The notes under the pieces were generated by a model, which ran no database searches, was not told the origin of the DNA, and worked only from the letters and a program-made list of their open reading frames with translations. Made by a program: the position numbers and the translations under genes. A stretch of 64,000 nucleotides of DNA. Source: an uncultured Gemmatimonadaceae bacterium. Lineage in GTDB: Bacteria > Gemmatimonadota > Gemmatimonadetes > Gemmatimonadales > Gemmatimonadaceae. The stretch's first letter is position 1; each line of letters opens with the position of its first letter. The stretch is taken from contig CAWFQK010000002.1 of NCBI GenBank assembly GCA_963817955.1, positions 1,056,001 through 1,120,000 of the forward strand, given 5' to 3'. Below are positions 38,967 through 48,993 of this stretch, piece by piece.

Positions 38967-40169
38967 CTACGGCTTGACCATCACGCCGCTGATCGGGCCC
39001 TTCGGCTGCTCCGATTGCTTGAACAGGTAGGCGCAGTCCTCCAGCCGGGCACCGCTCGCGTCCGCGACGGCAAACTTGGAATTCTCATAACAGCAGGCAC
39101 CGGCGTACTCACCCTTCTTGTTCACGGCGTAGTACTGGAGCTGGAAGTACGGGCGGCCCCGATCGTCCAACAGACGTTTCTCTGTCATGGCAATGACACG
39201 CTCCATGACCTTCATGAGCGCCTGCTGCGGCGCCATGCCCTGGCGCATGAACTCCACGGCGAGGAACGCGCCGCAGACCTTCATATTGGCCTCGCCGCGA
39301 CCGGTCGAACCGGCCGCACCGATGTCGTTGTCGCAGTACTGGCCGGCACCAATGATTGGTGAGTCGCCCACGCGCCCGGGAATCTTCCACGACAGTCCGC
39401 TCGTCGTCGTTACCGACGCGATGTCTCCGCCTGCCGTGACCGCGTTCATGTTGATCGTGCCGTACGTATACGGTACGCCCTGCGCGTCAAAGTACACATG
39501 GCTGACCGAACGATCATCGCCCTCGCCCGGCCGGCCCGCACCGTTCGGCAAGGGGCGCCGCGCAGGCGAATCGACCGGGTCCAGCCAATTGTCGGTCGGG
39601 TTGAGCTTCGACTTCCACCGCAGCCAGGCACGACGGCTGTCTTCGGTAAGCAGATTCTGCTCTTTGAAGCCCAGTTCGAGCGCGAACTTCTTTGCGCCGG
39701 CGCCCACCAACATGATGTGATCGGTGTGGTCCATCACCGCCTGCGCCACCGCCGCCGCCGTAGCCACGTCCTCTAAACAACCGACTGCCCCGGCACGTTT
39801 CGTGGGTCCATGCATGCAGCTCGCGTCGAGCTGCACCACGCCTTCCTCGTTCGGCAAACCGCCGAGTCCAACGCTCTGGTCGGCCGGATTCAGCTCGACC
39901 ACCTGCACCCCGGCGACAATGGCATCCAGCGGATCCGATCCGCCGGCCACCATATCGTACGCCACTTGAATGCCGCGTTTCCCGTTCCCGTCGACCGTGT
40001 AGCCATTCGCCGCAGACACCACTACTGGCCGGCCAACGAACAATGATGGCACGAGTTCGGAACGGTCGCGGACGGTAATGACTGGCAAAGCGTTGGCGAA
40101 CTTTGGCAGCGCGAGGCCGGCCGCGGCTGCGGCACCGGCGCCGAGGAAATCACGGCGGGAAACGGACAT
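38967..40169 (-). CDS. Tat-exported glycosylasparaginase / type 2 (Ntn) asparaginase
   Basis: SRRDFL Tat motif; SVGLGGLPN, LDASCM, nucleophile GTI, TTSG, GRVGDSPIIGAG, TGRGE. Confidence 0.9.
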   Translation of the reverse strand: MSVSRRDFLGAGAAAAAGLALPKFANALPVITVRDRSELVPSLFVGRPVVVSAANGYTVDGNGKRGIQVAYDMVAGGSDPLDAIVAGVQVVELNPADQSVGLGGLPNEEGVVQLDASCMHGPTKRAGAVGCLEDVATAAAVAQAVMDHTDHIMLVGAGAKKFALELGFKEQNLLTEDSRRAWLRWKSKLNPTDNWLDPVDSPARRPLPNGAGRPGEGDDRSVSHVYFDAQGVPYTYGTINMNAVTAGGDIASVTTTSGLSWKIPGRVGDSPIIGAGQYCDNDIGAAGSTGRGEANMKVCGAFLAVEFMRQGMAPQQALMKVMERVIAMTEKRLLDDRGRPYFQLQYYAVNKKGEYAGACCYENSKFAVADASGARLEDCAYLFKQSEQPKGPISGVMVKP

Positions 40170-40268
40170 AGGACGCTCCGGGAAGCGAGGGAGAATCGGA
40201 ATCATACTGCCCCGGTCGGCCGTCGGCCATCCACTTGGCTGTCACTTTCCAATTATTATGAACGCACT

Positions 40269-42131
40269 ATGTCCTCCTCCCTAGTCCGCAACCGCCTCGG
40301 CGGCGCGAAGTTTCTCGACGGCCTGACTGAATCGGCCCTCCACCAGCTCACTAAGCTCGTCGCACCGGCCACCTACGAGTGCGACCAGATCCTTTTTGAA
40401 GAAGGGTCGCCTCGTACGTTCATGGCGATCCTCGTGTCCGGTGCCGTCGCCATTGAAAAAGGGCTGAACGGCCGGTCAGTCCGGCTCGTTACCCTCGGCG
40501 CGGGCCAGGCGCTGGGCGAAGGGCTGCTGCTCGATTCATCACCGCACGGCACAAGTGCCCGCGCCATACAGCGGACCGAAGCCTATGTCCTTACGGACCA
40601 GCAGATCCAGGACTTGGTGAAGGACTATCCGACCGTATACGCGGCGCTGGTCGCGAGAGCTGCACGTTCGATCTCGCAACGACTTGCGGCGACTGATGCC
40701 ACGCTCGTCGGTCACGGCCGGGCGCTCGGTTTCACCGGCGCTCGTACCCGCTCAGAGCACGACCTGCTCGGCGATCGCGACGTTCCCCAGGAAGCGCTCT
40801 ACGGCGTGCAGACGCTCCGAGCCATGGAAAATTTCCCGATCACGGGCATTCCGCTGCGCGAATTTCCCGTACTGATCGAAGCACTGGGAGCCGTGAAAGA
40901 GGCTGCGGCACTCGCCAACGCCGAGCTAGGACTCCTCGACAAGGGCGTTGCCGAACTCATCGTCCGTGCCTCGGCCGAGTTGCGCGCCGGCCGACACCAC
41001 GAGCACTTCGTGGTCGACATGATCCAGGGCGGCGCTGGAACCTCTACGAACATGAACGCCAACGAGGTCATCGCCAACCGTGCGCTGGAATTGATGGGGG
41101 CTGAACGAGGCGATTACACGAAGGTGCATCCAAACAGCCACGTGAACCTCAGCCAGTCGACGAACGACGTCTATCCCACGGCGGTCAAGCTCGCGCTCCA
41201 TCACGCGATCGAAGAACTGCGCACGGCCATGAGCCAGCTCGCCGCCGCCTTCCTGGCGAAGGGTGAAGAGTTCGCGCCGCACATCAAGATGGGCCGCACA
41301 CAGCTTCAGGACGCGGTGCCAATGACCCTTGGCCAGGAATTCCGCGCCTTCGGTCATACTATTCTCGAAGACGTCGAGCGCCTGGGCGAAGCCCAAGCAC
41401 TCATCCGCGAGATCAACATGGGCGCCACGGCAATCGGCACCGGCATCAATGCGCCGGCCGGCTATGCCGCCACCGTCTGTCGGGAGTTGTCGCGTATCAC
41501 CGGGCTGTCCCTGATCACGGCGTTCGATCTCGTCGAGGCGACGGCGGACACCGGCGCGTTCGTACAACTCTCCGGTGTGCTCAAGCGCTGCGCCGTCAAG
41601 ATATCCAAGATCTGCAACGATCTCCGCTTGCTCAGCTCAGGACCGCGCGCTGGGCTCGGCGAGATCAACCTTCCGGCCATGCAGCCCGGGTCGTCGATCA
41701 TGCCGGGCAAGGTAAACCCGGTGATCCCGGAGGTCGTGAACCAGGTCTGTTTCGATGTGATCGGCGGCGACATGACCGTGACGATGGCGGCCGAGGCGGG
41801 TCAGCTCCAACTCAACGTATTCGAGCCTGTGATCGCCTATCGTTTGCTGCGCAGCATCGAGATGATGCGGAACGGATGCAACGTGCTACGTGAGCGTTGT
41901 GTGGACGGCATCACGCCGAATCCATCACGCATGCGGTACTTCGTCGAGCATTCCATCGGCATCGTGACGGCGCTCGTTCCGGTGATCGGCTACGAGCAAG
42001 CCACGTCAATGGCCAAGGAGGCACTCGATTCAGGGAAGGGCGTCTTCGAGGTAGTGTTGGCGCGCGGAGTGCTCACTCGAGAACAGCTCGACCGCATCCT
42101 CGATCCAGAAGCGATGCTCGGCGCGACGTAA
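40269..42131 (+). CDS. aspA: Aspartate ammonia-lyase with N-terminal cyclic-nucleotide-binding-like domain
   Basis: HDLLG, YGVQTLRA, QGGAGTSTNMNANE, KMGRTQLQDAVP, GSSIMPGKVNPV; residues ~10-150 are CAP/cNMP-like. Confidence 0.93.
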   Translation: MSSSLVRNRLGGAKFLDGLTESALHQLTKLVAPATYECDQILFEEGSPRTFMAILVSGAVAIEKGLNGRSVRLVTLGAGQALGEGLLLDSSPHGTSARAIQRTEAYVLTDQQIQDLVKDYPTVYAALVARAARSISQRLAATDATLVGHGRALGFTGARTRSEHDLLGDRDVPQEALYGVQTLRAMENFPITGIPLREFPVLIEALGAVKEAAALANAELGLLDKGVAELIVRASAELRAGRHHEHFVVDMIQGGAGTSTNMNANEVIANRALELMGAERGDYTKVHPNSHVNLSQSTNDVYPTAVKLALHHAIEELRTAMSQLAAAFLAKGEEFAPHIKMGRTQLQDAVPMTLGQEFRAFGHTILEDVERLGEAQALIREINMGATAIGTGINAPAGYAATVCRELSRITGLSLITAFDLVEATADTGAFVQLSGVLKRCAVKISKICNDLRLLSSGPRAGLGEINLPAMQPGSSIMPGKVNPVIPEVVNQVCFDVIGGDMTVTMAAEAGQLQLNVFEPVIAYRLLRSIEMMRNGCNVLRERCVDGITPNPSRMRYFVEHSIGIVTALVPVIGYEQATSMAKEALDSGKGVFEVVLARGVLTREQLDRILDPEAMLGAT

Positions 42132-42175
42132 TGGGGCGCTGCTCGTAACTCGAATCTCGTCCCATATCCATCGCC

Positions 42176-43237
42176 ATGCCTCCTCGTCGGCGTAAGAGAC
42201 TGGACCCGGCCGCGTTCGGCTTGCCGGTCGAACAGGTACAGAACGGCTTCTATTCCGACGCGTATTTCGTGCGCGCTCGAGAGATCGTGCGGCAGGCCGG
42301 ACAGTCGCCGAAGGTGCTGATGCAGTTCACCGGGAAGAACGAAGCATGGCTGGGCGGTATCGACGAGGTGATCGCCATTCTGAAGCTGTGCAGCGAGGAC
42401 TGGAGCGCGCTCGCCGTGCATGCGCTATACGAGGGCGATCGCTGCGAGAGCTGGGACACGGTGTTGACAGTCGAAGGTCCATATGAGGCATTCGGGCATC
42501 TCGAGACGCCCTGCCTCGGCACGCTGAGCCGGCGCACGCGGATCTGCACGAATGCAAAGCGGATATGTCAAGCCGCGCGATCCAAGCCGGTGATACTCTT
42601 CGGCGCCCACGACGACGTCTACTGCACGCAGGTCGGCGACGGCTACAGCGCGATGGTCGGCGGCGTGAAAATGGTGTCCACTGAGGCGCAGGCGTCGACG
42701 TTCGGCGGCCGCGCCGTGGGCACCATTCCGCATGGCCTGATTGCGGCATACGATGGCGACACGGTGAAGGCAACGAAGCGCTTCTGCGAGACGATCCAGG
42801 AGGTAGATGTCATTGCGCTCGTGGACTACGACAACGACTGCGTGAGGACGAGCCTCGAAGTCGCGCGCGCCATTGAAGACCGGCTGTGGGCCGTGTGTCT
42901 CGACACCGCTGAGAACATGGTAGACCAGTCGGTGTTGCCGCAGATGGGATCGTTCAGGCCGACGGGCGTCAACGAACATCTGGTGTGGAACGTCCGCAAT
43001 GCGCTCGATGCGGAGGGTTTCGGGGCTGTGAAGCTCATCGTCTCCGGCGGGTTCGACGCGGCGCGGATCAACGCCTTCGAGGAGAACGGCGTTCCCGTCG
43101 ATGCGTACGGAGTGGGTGCAGCGATGATGGAGGGCCGCTACGACTTTTCGGCGGACATCGTGCAGGTCAACGGCAAAGCGCAGGCGAGAGCCGGCCGAAC
43201 GCTCCGCGATAATCCGCGGCTGGAACGCGTGAAGTAA
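42176..43237 (+). CDS. Type II phosphoribosyltransferase, nicotinate PRTase-like
   Basis: YSDAYF, ETPCLG, GTIPH, LVDYDND, LDT, SGGFD, DAYGVG. Confidence 0.8.
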   Translation: MPPRRRKRLDPAAFGLPVEQVQNGFYSDAYFVRAREIVRQAGQSPKVLMQFTGKNEAWLGGIDEVIAILKLCSEDWSALAVHALYEGDRCESWDTVLTVEGPYEAFGHLETPCLGTLSRRTRICTNAKRICQAARSKPVILFGAHDDVYCTQVGDGYSAMVGGVKMVSTEAQASTFGGRAVGTIPHGLIAAYDGDTVKATKRFCETIQEVDVIALVDYDNDCVRTSLEVARAIEDRLWAVCLDTAENMVDQSVLPQMGSFRPTGVNEHLVWNVRNALDAEGFGAVKLIVSGGFDAARINAFEENGVPVDAYGVGAAMMEGRYDFSADIVQVNGKAQARAGRTLRDNPRLERVK

Positions 43238-43635
43238 TGGCTGGGGGCCCCAAGCTCGATGGCGCCGGAATTGCCAAGCTGAAGACGCTGGATGAGGCGA
43301 TGCTCCTGCTGCAGCGAGTCCATGCCCTGGTTGAGCAGTACGCGCTGGCGATGAAGCGCAATCAGCCAGGCGGACCACTCGTTCAGACGATTCGTCGTAC
43401 GCTTCCCTCCCTCTCGGAGAATCTCAAGAACCAGTTCGGAACAATTTCCGAGCTCGTGATGTCTGTAAATCTGGCGGCAACTCGCGGCGCCAGCGAAGCC
43501 GTTCGGGTCCGTACGTTGCGTGAAGGCGTCGCACAGATCAAACAGGCGCTGGAGATCGCGATGAAGCAGACAAGAGACAGGCATACGTCCAAAGATGATC
43601 GAGGCCAAGCCCCAAAGGATCAAGGCGCATCGTAA
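43237..43635 (+). CDS. Hypothetical alpha-helical protein
   Basis: TAATG coupling to the upstream gene; amphipathic helices; no recognised motif. Confidence 0.75.
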   Translation: MAGGPKLDGAGIAKLKTLDEAMLLLQRVHALVEQYALAMKRNQPGGPLVQTIRRTLPSLSENLKNQFGTISELVMSVNLAATRGASEAVRVRTLREGVAQIKQALEIAMKQTRDRHTSKDDRGQAPKDQGAS

Positions 43636-43779
43636 CTCAATGTAGGACAAGCTCCTACATCTGGGCTTCCTCGCTTGCTTTGATCGTCTGGTGCCGATAT
43701 GCTCTCAGGTGACCTGTCGGTTTATTGCCTACGACGTGTAAGGATTTCACGCAAACGAACGACGGTTCAAGGACCTAAC

Positions 43780-45009
43780 ATGCACGTTCCTACCCGCCTG
43801 CGCTGGCCGGGTATCCGCAACGCGAGTGCGGTCGCATTGACGATTGGCCTGGCCATTTTCCTGGCCGCCTGTGGTCAGAACCACCCCAACTCGATCTTCC
43901 ACAGACGCACGGAGATCAATCGGGACGTCGATCATCTTTTCCAGATTCTGATCTGGGCGGGAACGGCGGTGTTCGTTCTCGTCGAGGCGATTCTGGTCCT
44001 GACGCTCATTCGGTTTCGCAGGCGCCCCGGACAGCCCGAACCGAAGCACGTACACGGGAACACCACCCTCGAGATCACATGGACGGTCATTCCGCTCCTG
44101 ATCTTGATTATGATCGCGATTCCCACCATTCGAACCATCTTCAAGAGTCAGACGAAGGCGAGCGCCAACGCACTGCAAGTCGAAGTGATCGGCCATCAGT
44201 GGTGGTGGGAATTCCGCTACCCGCAGTACCAGATCGTCACGGCGAACGAGTTGTATCTGCCGATCGGCCGGACGGTGAACTTCACGCTCAAGACGCAAGA
44301 CGTCATTCACTCGTTCTGGGTGCCGTCGCTCGCGGGCAAGCGCGATGTCGTGTCGAACCACGTGAACTATCTGTGGTACACTCCAGACTCGACGACCGCG
44401 AACGTGTTCAATGGATCCTGTGCCGAGTATTGCGGCACGAGCCACGCGAACATGCGCTTCAAAGTGTTCACGGTGGCGGCAGCCGACTTCGAGAGCTGGG
44501 CCAAGCATCAGCAGGAACCCGCGGTCGGCAGTCCGAGCGGCACTGACACGACGACGCGAGCCGCTCCGGCGCCGGTGACGCAGGCCGGCTTTCTCTCCTT
44601 CCCGAAAGAGCAGATCCCGGGCTACGCCGTGCCGCAGACGCCGCTGCCGCCGTCACTCGCCTTCAACGACAACTTGACGGGCGACCCGGCAAGCGGCGCG
44701 AAACTCATTGTCGGCGCCGGCGGCTGCCTCGCCTGCCATTCCATCAAGGGCAATCCCATGATGGTCGGCGTCATCGGGCCGAATTTGACCCACATCGCAT
44801 CCCGGACGACGATCGGTGCGGGTCTCTACCCAAACGATGCCAGACACCTCGCCCGGTGGATCAAGAACGCGCCAGTCATGAAGGCGGGAATTCTGATGCC
44901 GTCGCTCGGCGCCAACCAATATGACCCTGTACGCAAGATGACGATGCGGCCCGGTCTCAGCGACCAGCAGATCGCCGACATCGTGGCATACCTGCAGACG
45001 CTGAAGTAA
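43780..45009 (+). CDS. ctaC: Cytochrome c oxidase subunit II with fused cytochrome c (caa3-type)
   Basis: Lipobox LAA-C; LEITWT; HQWWW; DVIHSFW; CuA motif CAEYCGTSHANM; heme c motif CLACH. Confidence 0.95.
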   Translation: MHVPTRLRWPGIRNASAVALTIGLAIFLAACGQNHPNSIFHRRTEINRDVDHLFQILIWAGTAVFVLVEAILVLTLIRFRRRPGQPEPKHVHGNTTLEITWTVIPLLILIMIAIPTIRTIFKSQTKASANALQVEVIGHQWWWEFRYPQYQIVTANELYLPIGRTVNFTLKTQDVIHSFWVPSLAGKRDVVSNHVNYLWYTPDSTTANVFNGSCAEYCGTSHANMRFKVFTVAAADFESWAKHQQEPAVGSPSGTDTTTRAAPAPVTQAGFLSFPKEQIPGYAVPQTPLPPSLAFNDNLTGDPASGAKLIVGAGGCLACHSIKGNPMMVGVIGPNLTHIASRTTIGAGLYPNDARHLARWIKNAPVMKAGILMPSLGANQYDPVRKMTMRPGLSDQQIADIVAYLQTLK

Positions 45010-45037
45010 CGAACCGCTGAATCGGAGACACAGACGA

Positions 45038-47035
45038 ATGGCAACCGCCGCCGTCAGCCCATCGTATGCTCATGCCGGCATGCATCAGCCCAGTGGGCTC
45101 TGGAGTTGGCTCACGACCGTCGACCATAAGCGCATCGGCGTGCTCTATCTGTTCACGGCGCTGACGTGGTTCCTGGTCGGTGGGATCGAAGCGATCATCA
45201 TGCGGGCGCAGCTCCAGGGACCGAACGGTCGCGTGGTCTCGCCCGAGACATTCAACATGTTGTTCACGATGCACGGCACGACGATGATCTTTCTCGTCGT
45301 CATGCCGTTGTCGGCCGCGTTTTTCAACTTTCTCATCCCGCTGCAGATCGGCGCCCGCGACGTCGCGTTCCCGCGACTCAACGCCTTCAGTTATTGGGTG
45401 TACCTGTTCGGTTCACTCTTCATGAACTCGTCGTGGCTCATCGGCGCGGCGCCCAACGACGGTTGGTTCGGCTATGCACCGCTCACGACGCTCGCCTACT
45501 CGCAGGGCCTGAACATCGACTTCTGGATGCTCGGCCTGCAGATCCTCGGCGTGTCGTCGCTCGCGGCGGCGTTCAATTTCATCACCACGATCATCAACAT
45601 GCGCGCACCGGGGATGAACCTCATGCGCATGCCGATGTTCACGTGGATGGCGTTCATTGTGCAGTTCCTCCTCGTGCTGGCGTTCCCGGTCATCACGGTC
45701 GCACTCGTGTTTCTCCAGTTCGACCGCTTCTTCGGCACGAACTTCTACACGATGACCGCGGGGGCCGACCCACTGCTCTGGCAGCACCTGTTCTGGATCT
45801 TCGGCCACCCCGAGGTCTACATCCTCATCCTGCCGGCATTCGGGCTCGTGTCGGAGATCCTGCCGACCTTCTCGCGCAAACCGATCTTCGGGTATCCGGT
45901 CATGGTGTATTCGGGGATTCTCATTGCCTTTCTCGGCTTCGGCGTGTGGGCGCACCACATGTTCGCCGTCGGCATGGGCCCGATCGCCGACTCGGTGTTC
46001 TCCGTGACCACCATGCTCATCGCGATCCCGACCGGTGTGAAGATCTTCAACTGGATCTTCACCATGTGGGGCGGCACGTTGCGCTTCACCGTGGCGATGA
46101 AGTTCGCGATCTCGCTCGTCGCACTCTTCACGATCGGCGGCATCTCCGGCGTGATGCACGCGTCACCGCCGGCCGACTTGCAGCAGACCGACACCTACTT
46201 CGTCGTCGCGCATTTCCACTACGTGCTCGTCGCCGGTTCGCTGATGGGTCTCTGGGGCGGCATCTACTATTACTTCCCGAAGATCACGGGTCGCCTGCTG
46301 AGCGAGAAGATCGGCAACTGGCACTTCTGGCTCACCTTCATTGGCGTCAATCTCACGTTCATGCCGATGCACTGGTCGGGTCTGTACGGCATGCCGCGCC
46401 GCATCTACACCTACGACGCGGGCCAGGGCTGGGGGATGTTCAACCTGATGAGCTCCCTCGGCGCGTACCTCCAGGGACTCGCCGGGATCGTGTTCGCGTA
46501 CAACATCTTCCGTAGCCGCAAGCACGGCGAGATCGCCGGCAACGATCCGTGGGGCGCTCCGAGCCTCGAGTGGTCGACCACGTCGCCGCCGCCAGACTAC
46601 AACTTCGCCGTGATCCCGACCGTGACTTCGCGGTATCCGCTCTGGGACGTGAAGTCGCCGGAGCTGACGGCCGACGTGCCGCATAGCCGGCACGGAGATG
46701 AGCGCAGCGAGATCTCCCTGGGCGGCAAGAAGGTGGCAGAGTTCCACGATCACATGAGTGCCGGTACGCCGGAAGGCGGACGCAACCCGGGCGCGGTGCA
46801 ACCACCGACCAAGCTGTCACAGAAGACGGCGGAAGAACTCGGCATTCCAATGCCCTATTCCACGATCAAGCCATTGTTCGTCGCACTGTTCATGGTGTTG
46901 ATGTTCGGAAGCCTGTTGCTCATTCACAAAGACAAGACGACGCTCGCGATTGGCGGCGTCCTCGTCTTCGCCACCATGATGACGACCTCTCTTTACGCCT
47001 GGCTGACAGCGCCGCTCGAACCGCAGCACCACTAG
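45038..47035 (+). CDS. ctaD: Cytochrome c oxidase subunit I (A1 type)
   Basis: VDHKRIG, HGTTM, GHPEVY, WAHHM, AHFHY, MPRR; C-terminal extension with two extra TM helices. Confidence 0.97.
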   Translation: MATAAVSPSYAHAGMHQPSGLWSWLTTVDHKRIGVLYLFTALTWFLVGGIEAIIMRAQLQGPNGRVVSPETFNMLFTMHGTTMIFLVVMPLSAAFFNFLIPLQIGARDVAFPRLNAFSYWVYLFGSLFMNSSWLIGAAPNDGWFGYAPLTTLAYSQGLNIDFWMLGLQILGVSSLAAAFNFITTIINMRAPGMNLMRMPMFTWMAFIVQFLLVLAFPVITVALVFLQFDRFFGTNFYTMTAGADPLLWQHLFWIFGHPEVYILILPAFGLVSEILPTFSRKPIFGYPVMVYSGILIAFLGFGVWAHHMFAVGMGPIADSVFSVTTMLIAIPTGVKIFNWIFTMWGGTLRFTVAMKFAISLVALFTIGGISGVMHASPPADLQQTDTYFVVAHFHYVLVAGSLMGLWGGIYYYFPKITGRLLSEKIGNWHFWLTFIGVNLTFMPMHWSGLYGMPRRIYTYDAGQGWGMFNLMSSLGAYLQGLAGIVFAYNIFRSRKHGEIAGNDPWGAPSLEWSTTSPPPDYNFAVIPTVTSRYPLWDVKSPELTADVPHSRHGDERSEISLGGKKVAEFHDHMSAGTPEGGRNPGAVQPPTKLSQKTAEELGIPMPYSTIKPLFVALFMVLMFGSLLLIHKDKTTLAIGGVLVFATMMTTSLYAWLTAPLEPQHH

Positions 47036-47049
47036 CAACGGCAATCAAC

Positions 47050-47703
47050 ATGGCTACCGCAGTGGCATCCCACGCGCATCCCCCGACCAGTACGGGTCTC
47101 GATCACCGCAAGATCGGAATCTGGGCGTTCATCGGGTCGGAGTGCATGCTGTTCGCGTCGCTCATCTCGACCTATCTGATCTACAAGGGACGCAGCGTCG
47201 TCGGGCCATTCCCGCACGAGGCGTGCGATCCACCGAAATGCGCGACGCACCTCAATGCCATCCTCAACATCCCGGTCACATCCATCTCGACGTTCGTGCT
47301 CCTCATGTCGTCGCTCACCATGGTACTCGCGCTCGCGGCGGTGGAGAACAAAGGCAAGCCGGGCTACGAAGGCATCAAAGGCTCGTCCAAGCTCTGGCTG
47401 TTGGCGACGGCGCTCCTCGGCACCACGTTCCTCGGCTTTCAAGCGTTCGAGTTTACGTCATTCGTCCATGAGGGACTGACCCTCAGGACCAACCTCTTCG
47501 GCTCGTCGTTCTTCACACTGACCGGGTTCCACGGAGCCCACGTTACGGTGGGCGTCCTCTGGCTGGTGACCCTGTTGGCGATCGACATCAAACGCGGGCT
47601 CGGTCCAAAGGATGCATTGATCGTCGACATTTCCGCGCTGTATTGGCACTTCGTCGACGTCATCTGGATCGCGATCTTCACGCTGGTGTATCTCATCAAG
47701 TAG
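47050..47703 (+). CDS. ctaE: Cytochrome c oxidase subunit III
   Basis: FIGSECMLF, TGFHGAHV, YWHFVDVIW. Confidence 0.95.
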   Translation: MATAVASHAHPPTSTGLDHRKIGIWAFIGSECMLFASLISTYLIYKGRSVVGPFPHEACDPPKCATHLNAILNIPVTSISTFVLLMSSLTMVLALAAVENKGKPGYEGIKGSSKLWLLATALLGTTFLGFQAFEFTSFVHEGLTLRTNLFGSSFFTLTGFHGAHVTVGVLWLVTLLAIDIKRGLGPKDALIVDISALYWHFVDVIWIAIFTLVYLIK

Positions 47704-47721
47704 CAGCCGGAGCCGACGACC

Positions 47722-48069
47722 ATGGCTGATCAGGATTTCACGCACACGAATCCCGCGATCGACGTGCACGCAATGGGCGAGATGCACGAGCACCCCACGT
47801 GGCGCGAGTACAGATGGGTGGCGCTCGTCCTCGCTCTCATCACGGTCTTCGAAGTCTGGGTGTACTACACGCCGTTCAACGCTTCACGGTGGTTCGTGCC
47901 GGTGCTGTTGGTCATGTCGGCAATGAAGTTCTCGATCGTCGTCCTCTTCTACATGCACCTGAAGTACGACCATAAAGTGTTCAGGGCCCTGTTCACCGGA
48001 CCGCTGATGATCGCGATCTCCACCGTCATTGCGCTGTTCTTCCTCCTGGCGAAGATCGCGGGGCGGTAA
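47722..48069 (+). CDS. ctaF: Cytochrome c oxidase subunit IV
   Basis: Three TM helices; FYMHLKYD motif; operon position. Confidence 0.85.
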   Translation: MADQDFTHTNPAIDVHAMGEMHEHPTWREYRWVALVLALITVFEVWVYYTPFNASRWFVPVLLVMSAMKFSIVVLFYMHLKYDHKVFRALFTGPLMIAISTVIALFFLLAKIAGR

Positions 48070-48071
48070 GA

Positions 48072-48965
48072 ATGGTGTCCCTCGCGCTGCTGCACACCGG
48101 TGCGCGGCTGAGCCCGACCACTTTCACGGTTCATTCGAGCACCGTCGTCGGCATTGCCGGCTTGGCCGCGTTGTACGAATGGGCAGCGCGCCACGAGTGG
48201 CAAACGGTCACCGGCGACGAATCGGGCCATGCGCCTCACTCGACACGCACCGCCCAACCGTCTACCGGGCAGCGCGCCTGTTACTATGGCGCGCTCGTCA
48301 CGATGTTCTTCACACTGAACGGCTGGCTGCACGATCTCAGCGATTCCTACCTGTTCAGCGCGCATATGCTCCAGCACCTGTTGCTGAGTCTCGCCATCGC
48401 GCCACTGATGGTCATGGGCACTCCCGGCGGCATGTTGCGGCCAGCGCTCTCGGTGCGCGGCGTGCGCGCCGTCGCTGCATGGCTGACCAAGCCAATGCAC
48501 TCTTTCGCAATCTTCATCGTCGTCATGGCGGCTTGGCATCTGCCGCCTCTGTACAACTATGCCCTGGCGCACCATCCCGTGCACATTCTGCAGCACCTGA
48601 TGTTCCTGGTCGCATCGGTGCTGATGTGGTGGCCGGTTCTCAGCCCGCTCCCGGAACTGCCACGGCTCAGCTACCCGGGACAAATGCTATACATGTTCCT
48701 GCTCACCATCCCGATGGCGATTGTGGCCGTATACATCACGTACGCCGATACCATCCTCTATCCGCTGTACGCCAGCGCGCCCCGTATCTGGGGGATCACC
48801 CCAATGAACGATCAGCTCATCGGCGGGCTCATCATGTGGATTCCTGGCGGGTTGTACTTCTACACCATCATTTCGATCGTCTTCTTCCGGTGGCAGCAAC
48901 GAGACGGGGTCGAAACACAAGCCGGCGCGCAAGTGGATTGGCGGATCGAGGAAGGGGCCGTCTGA
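48072..48965 (+). CDS. ctaG: caa3-type cytochrome c oxidase assembly factor
   Basis: FSAHMLQHL, WHLPPLY, HILQH, DQLIGGLIMWIPG. Confidence 0.88.
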   Translation: MVSLALLHTGARLSPTTFTVHSSTVVGIAGLAALYEWAARHEWQTVTGDESGHAPHSTRTAQPSTGQRACYYGALVTMFFTLNGWLHDLSDSYLFSAHMLQHLLLSLAIAPLMVMGTPGGMLRPALSVRGVRAVAAWLTKPMHSFAIFIVVMAAWHLPPLYNYALAHHPVHILQHLMFLVASVLMWWPVLSPLPELPRLSYPGQMLYMFLLTIPMAIVAVYITYADTILYPLYASAPRIWGITPMNDQLIGGLIMWIPGGLYFYTIISIVFFRWQQRDGVETQAGAQVDWRIEEGAV

Positions 48966-48993
48966 GAGCAGCGCTTTCAGGGTGGCTACTCGG

